From positions 1-15,278 of the forward strand of contig JBGAQA010000134.1 in the NCBI GenBank assembly GCA_044220955.1: a stretch of DNA of 15,278 bases, in the 5' to 3' direction. Positions 9,047 to 15,278 of this stretch are shown piece after piece (the stretch's first letter is position 1; each line of letters opens with the position of its first letter). Below the pieces are notes generated by a model. That model was not told where the DNA came from. It was given only the letters and a program-made list of their open reading frames with translations, and did no database searches. The stretch comes from Sandaracinaceae bacterium (lineage in GTDB: Bacteria; Myxococcota_A; Polyangia; Polyangiales; Sandaracinaceae). A program made the position numbers and the translations under genes.

Positions 9047-12000
9047 AGCGCGCGATGTCGAAACGCGGAATGCCGAACCGCGCGCTGCTTGGCGTCCTGG
9101 CCAGGGCCGCGCTCGTCGTCTGCTCCGTCGTCTCCGTGGGCCATGCCTCGGCGCAGGCCGCGGGCCACGTCGCGCTCCGCGGGGAGGTCCACGGCGTGGA
9201 GCTCTCGCTCGAGGGCGGGATGACCGTCACTCGCGGCGGAACGCTCCGCTGGCTCACGACGGTCTACGAGGTCGTCGGCCTGAGCGAGCTGCGTCTGGCG
9301 CCGCACGCGGAGATCCAGGTCACGACCCAGCTCGATCCGACGGCGCCGCCGGCGGTGTTCCACGTGGACGCGCACGGGCGCGCGACGGTGGACGTTCCCG
9401 TCCCGGCGGACGCGCCGGAGTCGTTCGGCGTGGTCATCCGGGTGCTGAGCGGGCCTGCGCAGCGGCGCTTCGAGCTCTCCGTGCACACGCAGGATCCCCG
9501 CGACCTCCGCCTCTGGGTCGCGCGCACCTCCGTGCCCGTCGGCGGCACGATCCAGGCTTTCGGCCGGCTGAGCGACCGGCAGTCCGGGCGGCCGATCGCG
9601 GACGAGGTGGTGCGTCTGGTGCTGCTCGACGACGCGCAGCGCCCCGTCGGCGCGCCCGTGCCCGTGACGACCGACGCGGCGGGCCTGTTCGCCAACGTGT
9701 TCGGCGTCCCGAGCGACATCCAGGGATCCATGTCGATCACGGCGACCGTCGGCGTGCGGGGCACCCGCGCCTCGGCCACCGCGTCGCTCGGCGTCGAGGC
9801 AGCGCGGGACACGCCGATGCTCGTCAGCCTCGCCCCGGAGCGGAGCATCCTCGAGCCCGAGTCCACCATCTCCGTCGAGGCCGTCGTCCGCACCGGCGAC
9901 GGGCGGCCCGTCGAGGGCGCTCGCATCGAGTTCCCGCCCGTCACGCCGGGCGCTCGATCGGGCATCGTCACCACCGACGCGCGCGGCCACGCGAGCTTCC
10001 GCTGGCGTGCGCCGGCGATCGGCGGTGCGTTCATGGACACCTCCATCGGCGTCTCGGTCAGCCGCGAGGGGCTCGGAGCGCTCGGCGCCGACGCGCCCGT
10101 CCGGATCGCGCGGGTCGAGCGTGCGGTCTCGTTCGGCGTCGAGGGCGGTGCGCTCGTCCCCTCCATCGGCGGGCGTGTCTTCGCGCGCGTCGTCGAGATC
10201 GACGGGACGGCGGCGCCCGCGGGCGTCTCCGTAGAGCTCGCCGGCCCGCGCCTGACGTCGCGCACCGCCACCACGGACGCGAGCGGCATCGCCGTGTTCG
10301 ACGTCACGCTCGGCGCGCTCGCCGCCGGGGTGCAGGACCGGTGCGGCGGAGACGCGGCGACGGCGCTGACCCTCGATGCAGCCGGCGCGACGCCCCTCGA
10401 GGGCTGCATCCCGCTCGACCCCGACGGCACCGCGCGCATCCGCGCGTCGAGCGCGGTCGTGCGTGCGGGCGCCACGGTTCACTTCGACCTCGCGCGAGCG
10501 CCCTCGGTCGCGCGGCTCCCGATCGCGATCACGGTCGTCGGCCTCGACGGGACCCCGCGCTCGTTCGTCGACCTGGTCGTTCCCGGCAGCGCCAGCGGGG
10601 CGGACGTGACGATCCCCGAGGGGTTCTCGGGCATCCTGGTCGTGCGCGCGCGACCGCTCCACGGCGCGACCGAGCGGCCACTGCGCGGCGGCTCGACGAG
10701 CGTCTGGGCCGTCCCGGGCGATCTCTACGCGCTCACCGGCCAGCTCGGGGCGAGCGGCGCCGACATCCAGGCGCGCGAGGACACCCGGGCGTACGTCGCG
10801 GCGCTCCCCGTCGACGACGCCCACGCGCTCGCGGCGCGCCTGCGCGGCGAGCTGCTGCGCACGTTCGGCGATCTTCGCGTCGATCCGGGCGCGGCGAGCG
10901 GATCGCTGCTCGCCGCCACGCTCTCGGTGATGACCCCGCTCGACGTGGCCGCCCCCTGGGTCCTGCGCGGCTCGAGCGTGGAGGCGGTGCCGGCGCCCGA
11001 GAGCCCGGAGTCGCTCGCCGTGCTCCGCGATCCGTGGCGCTCGCAGGCGCGCTTCGTCGAGGGCCGTCTCGCGCTCGTGTTCCAGGCGATCGAGCGCTAC
11101 GTCGCGGCCGCGGTCCCCGAGCGCATCGAGGACGTCGCCGTGCAGACCGGCAACCACTGGGACTTCAACGCGCAGATCCTCGCGGCCGTCGCCGACGGAG
11201 GCGAGCTCGGTGCCGAGGGCGCGACGGGCCTCGGCGGCGAGGATCTCACGGTGGCGGGGCTGCGCGGCTTCGACCCGGCGTTCACCTACGACTCGGTGGC
11301 GCGCCGCATCACGCGCGAGCGCCTCTTCCGGCTGCTCGTCGCGCTCCGCACGTACGTCCGGCAGCAAGGCTTCGATCTGCCCTGGGCGCGCCTCGGTGAT
11401 CCGACGACCTGGCTCGTGCACACGACCGAGGTCTACGTGCAGCCCTTCGGCTCGGTGCAGGCGCGAGAGCTGGTCGACGGCTGGGGCCGGCCCTTCGTGC
11501 TGCGCCCGACGAACGGGCATCCGCGCTTCGGCTCGTGGTCGCCGCTCGACGGCTGGGAGATCACCTCCGCCGGTCCGGATGGAACGGCCGGCAACGGCGA
11601 CGACGTGTTCGATCCGACCGCGCGCGTGCTGCCGACGACGAGCACCTACGGCCGCGCGGTCGGCGAGGACGCGCTCGTCGCGCGGCTCGCGGGCGTGGAG
11701 CTCGGCCGCGCGGCGGTCGAGCTGCTCGGGCAGTACGAGGGGCAGTACGCGAGCGGCGTCCCGGCCAGCCCCGACGCGGCCGCCGTGTCGCGCGGCCTCG
11801 CCGTCTGGCAGGACGTGCCCAGCGTGTTCGAGCCCGACCCGACGCCCCTCGCGCTGCGTCGGCCGAACGTGCCGACGCTCGCCGCGGGCGGCGCGATCGC
11901 GTCGCTCGACGGAACGTCGATCCCGCTCACGTTCGACGAGGAGCCGCGCACCTGGGGCCTCGTGGCTCTGGCGTACTCGGCGGCGGGAATCCCCGCGGTC

Positions 12001-13797
12001 GTCGAGGCGCGCGCGCTCCGCGGCTCGCCGCTGATCGTGTCCTCGCGCTTCCCGACCCGCCTGCACGAGGCGGAGCCGGTGACGGTCACCCTCGCCGTGA
12101 CCAACGCCAGCGACACCGACCGGACGCTGGCGATCACGGTGACGGGCGAGGGCGCCCTGACGGGAGACGGCGTGCAGAGCCTGCGCGTGGCCGCGGGCAC
12201 GGCGGAGCTCACCCACGTCACGCTGCGCCCGAGCGGCGTCGGCCACGCGCGCGCGCTGGTCGCGTTCCGCGAGGGTGGCACGGCGCTTCGCACGCTGCGC
12301 TACGAGCTCTCGCTCGAGTCGGGGATGCATCCGCTCCGCTCGCGGATCGCGGGCGTCACGAGCGGTGGGACGTGGTCGGGCACGCTCGACGTCGAGGGTG
12401 GAGCCCAGCGTGCGACCGGGCGCGTCGTCGTGCTCGCGCCGAGCGGGCTGTATCGCGATCCCGACCTGGCCGAGGTGCGCGACCGCGACCCGGCGCTTCT
12501 CGCGTGGTCGGCCACGCTCTCGGGCGCCGGGCTCGACGAGGCGTTCCGCGCGGATCTGCTTCGGGCACAGAGCAGCGACGGCCACCTCGACGGGGACGAG
12601 CCGGTGCTCTCGACGGCGTGCGCGCTCGTCGCGTGGTCCGCGGCCGACGCCGAGGACGAGGGCGCCGCGGCCGCGCGCCAGCGCGCCATGGGCGCGCTCG
12701 ACAACGTGCGCTTCGGCGACACCGACGGGAGCGCGGGCGAGCTACGCGCGCAGGCGGCGCTGCTTGGCGCGCTCGCGCCGAGCGGCATCGCCGACGTCGC
12801 GGACGCCCTCGAGGGCGCCGTCGATCCGCTGGCGCGGCTGACCGCGCAGTATCGTGGCGCGCTGCGGCGGGCGCTGCGGCGCTATCCCGACGAGCCGACG
12901 CTCCTCGCGCGCGCGGCCGCCGCGCTGCTGCTCGCGAGCCCCGACGACGCGTACGGGCGGGTGATGTTCGAGCGTGCGACGCAGCACCTCCACGACGAGG
13001 GCGCGGGCCGGCTCGTCGCTGCGTCCGCGGGACGCGCGGGGCTCGGCGAGGAGATCGCTGCCTCGCTCGCGCTCGCGGTCGGAGCCCATCAGCTGGGCCA
13101 GGACGCGCTCGCGCGCTCGCTCGTCGCGGGCGCGGTCGCGCACGACAACCTCATCACGCGCGACGGGGGCGAGGCCCTCTTCTGGCTCCTCGCGACGGGC
13201 GCGTACGGCGTGCTCGGGAGCGACGCGGGCACGAGCGTGCGCATCTCCGCGGGTGGCCGGGCCACCGAGGCGAGCTTCGACCACGGCGTCGCCATCGCCG
13301 CGATCGATCACCCGGCGGGCGGCGTGGGGGTGTCGGTGAGCGCGAGCGGCGACGCGGTCGTGCTCGTGCGCGCGGAGGCGGCGTACGCCGTTCCGTTCGC
13401 GGCCGAGACACACGCGCCGATGACCTTGGCGCTCGAGGGCGATCCTGGCGCGGGCGAGGGCCTCTCCGCGCTGGAGCTGGTCGTCCACGCGAGCCGCGAG
13501 GTCGCGCATCCGGTCGTGCTGATCGAGCTCCCGGCCGGGATCGACCTCGAGGACGAGGGCCTGCTCGCGCAGCTCGCGCGCGCGGGCGGGGTGCTCCACG
13601 TCGAGGCGCGCTTCCCGGGCTTCGTGCGGCTCGAGCTGAGCTCGATGGCTTCGGGTGTGGACGTCCGCATCCCGCTCGCGCTTCGCTGGACCCTCGGGGG
13701 CAGCATCCGCGGCCTCGCGGCCGTGGCCTACGAGGCGGACGACCCGGATCACCGGACCGTGATCGCTCCCATCACCGTCGAGCGTGGCGCGAACTGA
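9043..13797 (+). CDS. Secreted alpha-2-macroglobulin-like protein B, 1584 aa, divergent paralog of protein A, no thioester, with a GspG-like insertion
   Basis: The true start is the ATG at 9043, which overlaps the upstream TGA (ATGA) and has GGAGG at 9031-9035; signal peptide ends ASA|QA. It is colinear with protein A: YEVVGLSELR vs YEVEGLATLR, a Cys pair, VLRDP, DPAFTYDSVARR vs DPSFSFDSVARR, GEDAL, IELPAG vs IEMPAG, and RWTLGGSIRGL vs RWSLAGSLRGL. Repeated TTDAxG Ig-like turns are present. The track's extension to 7657 is spurious. Confidence 0.8.
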   Translation: MKRAMSKRGMPNRALLGVLARAALVVCSVVSVGHASAQAAGHVALRGEVHGVELSLEGGMTVTRGGTLRWLTTVYEVVGLSELRLAPHAEIQVTTQLDPTAPPAVFHVDAHGRATVDVPVPADAPESFGVVIRVLSGPAQRRFELSVHTQDPRDLRLWVARTSVPVGGTIQAFGRLSDRQSGRPIADEVVRLVLLDDAQRPVGAPVPVTTDAAGLFANVFGVPSDIQGSMSITATVGVRGTRASATASLGVEAARDTPMLVSLAPERSILEPESTISVEAVVRTGDGRPVEGARIEFPPVTPGARSGIVTTDARGHASFRWRAPAIGGAFMDTSIGVSVSREGLGALGADAPVRIARVERAVSFGVEGGALVPSIGGRVFARVVEIDGTAAPAGVSVELAGPRLTSRTATTDASGIAVFDVTLGALAAGVQDRCGGDAATALTLDAAGATPLEGCIPLDPDGTARIRASSAVVRAGATVHFDLARAPSVARLPIAITVVGLDGTPRSFVDLVVPGSASGADVTIPEGFSGILVVRARPLHGATERPLRGGSTSVWAVPGDLYALTGQLGASGADIQAREDTRAYVAALPVDDAHALAARLRGELLRTFGDLRVDPGAASGSLLAATLSVMTPLDVAAPWVLRGSSVEAVPAPESPESLAVLRDPWRSQARFVEGRLALVFQAIERYVAAAVPERIEDVAVQTGNHWDFNAQILAAVADGGELGAEGATGLGGEDLTVAGLRGFDPAFTYDSVARRITRERLFRLLVALRTYVRQQGFDLPWARLGDPTTWLVHTTEVYVQPFGSVQARELVDGWGRPFVLRPTNGHPRFGSWSPLDGWEITSAGPDGTAGNGDDVFDPTARVLPTTSTYGRAVGEDALVARLAGVELGRAAVELLGQYEGQYASGVPASPDAAAVSRGLAVWQDVPSVFEPDPTPLALRRPNVPTLAAGGAIASLDGTSIPLTFDEEPRTWGLVALAYSAAGIPAVVEARALRGSPLIVSSRFPTRLHEAEPVTVTLAVTNASDTDRTLAITVTGEGALTGDGVQSLRVAAGTAELTHVTLRPSGVGHARALVAFREGGTALRTLRYELSLESGMHPLRSRIAGVTSGGTWSGTLDVEGGAQRATGRVVVLAPSGLYRDPDLAEVRDRDPALLAWSATLSGAGLDEAFRADLLRAQSSDGHLDGDEPVLSTACALVAWSAADAEDEGAAAARQRAMGALDNVRFGDTDGSAGELRAQAALLGALAPSGIADVADALEGAVDPLARLTAQYRGALRRALRRYPDEPTLLARAAAALLLASPDDAYGRVMFERATQHLHDEGAGRLVAASAGRAGLGEEIAASLALAVGAHQLGQDALARSLVAGAVAHDNLITRDGGEALFWLLATGAYGVLGSDAGTSVRISAGGRATEASFDHGVAIAAIDHPAGGVGVSVSASGDAVVLVRAEAAYAVPFAAETHAPMTLALEGDPGAGEGLSALELVVHASREVAHPVVLIELPAGIDLEDEGLLAQLARAGGVLHVEARFPGFVRLELSSMASGVDVRIPLALRWTLGGSIRGLAAVAYEADDPDHRTVIAPITVERGAN

Positions 13798-13802
13798 ACG
13801 GG

Positions 13803-13840
13803 CCCCTCACCCCACGCGATCCCCGTCGGCGGGGAGAGGG
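13803..13840 (+). repeat. BoxC/REP-like imperfect palindrome
   Basis: CCCCTCACCCC-acgcga-TCCCCG-tcgg-CGGGGA-GAGGG has a pyrimidine-rich left arm, a purine-rich right arm and a 6-bp inner hairpin. It resembles the CCCTCACCC...GGGAGAGGG extragenic palindrome family. Only one copy is visible here. Confidence 0.5.
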
Positions 13841-13867
13841 CTCGAGCTCCGGTAGAGTGGGGGGGCG

Positions 13868-14908
13868 GTGTTCTTCTTCTTCCTGCCCTGGGGTCACGAC
13901 CAGCCGGTCTACGAGCGGCCCTGGCTGACGTACACGCTCGTCGGGCTGTGCGCGCTCGTGTTCGCGTTCACCTGGTCCATGGAGGAGCGGGCCGAGGTGC
14001 AGCTCGAGGAGGCGGTCGTGCAGATCGACTCCGTGCTCGAGACGCACCCGGACGCGCGCGTGCACCTGACGATCTCGGGACTGCCGCGGCGCATCGAGGA
14101 GATCCTCGCGCCCCTGATCACGAGCGACGCCCGGCGGCCCGCCAAGGCGGGGGATGCCGAGCTGGAGGTGGCCGTGCGTCAGCTCGTGGTGGCGCTCAAC
14201 CACATGCCGGCGTTCGCGTACGGGTTCCAGCCCGGCGCGCCGCGGCTCGGGCGGGTCTTCTCGCACATGTTCGTGCACGGAGGCCTCGGGCACCTGCTCG
14301 GCAACATGCTCTTCCTGTGGCTCGCGGGCGGCGTGCTGGAGTGCTTCTGGCGGCGCTGGGCGTACCTCGCGCTCTACTTCGCCTCGGGTCTCGCCGGGCT
14401 GGCCGCGCACTTCGCGTCGGGGCCGGACAGCCTCGTTCCGGTCGTGGGGGCGTCCGGCGCGATCGCGGGGCTGCTCGGGGCGTTCGTCGTGGGCTATCCG
14501 CGCACGCGCATCAAGGTGGTCTGGTTCGGGTTCCTCTTCGTCCAGCCGCTCTTCGGCAACTGGAAGGTCCCGGCGTGGGTGCTCATCCCGCTCTGGGCGC
14601 TCATCGAGGTCGCCAACGCGTACCTCGGCGGGCAGGACGAGGGCGTCGCGCACTGGGCCCACGTGGGCGGGTTCGCGTGCGGGGCGCTGGTCGCGCTCGC
14701 CGCGCGGCGCATGAACCTCGTCGCCACGGACGCGGGGCACGAGGTCGCCGCGGGTGTGCCGGCCGAGCGCGGGGCAGCGCCTGCCGCGCCACGGGCCCCG
14801 CTCGCCGAGCTCCCGCTCCCCGAGCCACGCGTCACCGCTCCGTCTCGTCCGCTCGAGATCGACGCCAGCGAGCTGCCGGCACACGAGGACGACGTGATCG
14901 AGCGTTGA
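13868..14908 (+). CDS. Rhomboid family intramembrane serine protease
   Basis: SHMFVHGGLGHLLGNMLFLW (HxxxN), VGASGAIAG (catalytic Ser), AHWAHVGGFACG (catalytic His) and multiple TM helices. There is a soluble insert of about 70 aa after TM1 and a Pro/Ala/acidic C-terminal tail. Confidence 0.95.
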   Translation: MFFFFLPWGHDQPVYERPWLTYTLVGLCALVFAFTWSMEERAEVQLEEAVVQIDSVLETHPDARVHLTISGLPRRIEEILAPLITSDARRPAKAGDAELEVAVRQLVVALNHMPAFAYGFQPGAPRLGRVFSHMFVHGGLGHLLGNMLFLWLAGGVLECFWRRWAYLALYFASGLAGLAAHFASGPDSLVPVVGASGAIAGLLGAFVVGYPRTRIKVVWFGFLFVQPLFGNWKVPAWVLIPLWALIEVANAYLGGQDEGVAHWAHVGGFACGALVALAARRMNLVATDAGHEVAAGVPAERGAAPAAPRAPLAELPLPEPRVTAPSRPLEIDASELPAHEDDVIER

Positions 14909-14920
14909 GGGGGACAGCCC

Positions 14921-15278
14921 TCAGATCCCCTCGGGGCGCCGCGCGTCCGGCGCGCCGTCGAGGGCGAACGGATAGTGCACGGCGACGCTCCCACCCTCGG
15001 GCGGTGGGAAGCGGAGGTGGCTCATCACGTGCGTGAAGCAGCGCGTGACTGTGTCGTCGTGGAGCGCGTCCTCGAGCACGGAGGCGTCCGCGACGCTGCC
15101 GTCCTCTTGGATCGTGAACTGCATCGTGACGCGCCCCGCCAGGTCGGGGTGCGCGTCGAGCTCCCACTCGAAGCAGAAGCGGATCTCGGGCAGGGCGTCG
15201 CGGACGACGTCGCGGACGGCGATCGCGTCGAGGGTGCCGCGGTGCACCGGCTCGGACGAGGGCGAGGGCGAGGGCGAG
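14921..15278 (-). CDS. AgmX/PglI C-terminal (TonB-C-like) domain protein, 5'-partial
   Basis: The frame is open to the window end: SPSPSPSSEPVHRGTLDAIAVRDVVRDALPEIRFCFEWELDAHPDLAGRVTMQFTIQEDGSV...VTRCFTHVMSHLRFPPPEGGSVAVHYPF. This matches the myxobacterial pattern I..CY...L...P.L.G.V...F.I...G.V...C......FP.P.GG.V.V.YPF with its Cys pair. Confidence 0.85.
   Translation of the reverse strand, partial: SPSPSPSSEPVHRGTLDAIAVRDVVRDALPEIRFCFEWELDAHPDLAGRVTMQFTIQEDGSVADASVLEDALHDDTVTRCFTHVMSHLRFPPPEGGSVAVHYPFALDGAPDARRPEGI
15258..15278. repeat. (GAGGGC)n hexamer run encoding an SPSPSP linker
   Basis: gagggcgagggcgagggcgag at the window end; the same unit occurs at the window start. Confidence 0.85.

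Noticed and set aside
3683..12585. Long antisense or alternative-frame ORFs (1253 aa, 1574 aa, 525 aa, 490 aa and others)
   Set aside because: These are Arg/His/Ala-rich with no motifs, as expected from stop-codon scarcity opposite or overlapping high-GC genes.
13859..13865. G7 run before the rhomboid as a phase-variation tract
   Set aside because: Too short to be significant in such GC-rich DNA.
14717..14726. ctcgtcgcca matching the tRNA 3' end (2908-2917), as the attR of a tRNA-integrated island
   Set aside because: It is only 10 bp of common GC-rich sequence inside the rhomboid CDS. There is no integrase and no evident compositional shift.
14906..14923. TGAGGG-ggacag-CCCTCA hairpin between the convergent stops, as a bidirectional terminator
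   Set aside because: The stem is only 6 bp, half of it comes from the two stop codons, and there is no U-tract on either strand.

Overview
Very GC-rich window, most likely from a myxobacterium (Myxococcota; inferred from a Hanks-type kinase with a Ser/Pro linker and an AgmX/PglI-type tail domain). On the left, the minus strand carries a membrane GAF-GGDEF diguanylate cyclase, followed by a membrane Ser/Thr kinase that the ORF track misses because it runs off the window edge. Divergent from these, on the plus strand, are a sigma70-type promoter, an elongator tRNA-Met(CAT), a MepA/LAS-type Zn murein endopeptidase-like gene, a candidate ECF-sigma promoter, two translationally coupled paralogous alpha-2-macroglobulin (A2M/MG2)-like giant proteins (1719 aa and 1584 aa), a BoxC/REP-like palindrome and a rhomboid protease. 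A convergent partial gene ending in an AgmX/PglI C-terminal domain closes the window. The most interesting element is the A2M-like pair. Both copies lack the CGEQ thioester, and both carry an inserted GspG pseudopilin-head-like module that appears to be their best-conserved shared segment. Only the first copy keeps a long bait-like region. The neighbours are neither pbpC nor recognisable yfa/mag genes. All family calls are by eye from motifs; no database searches were run.
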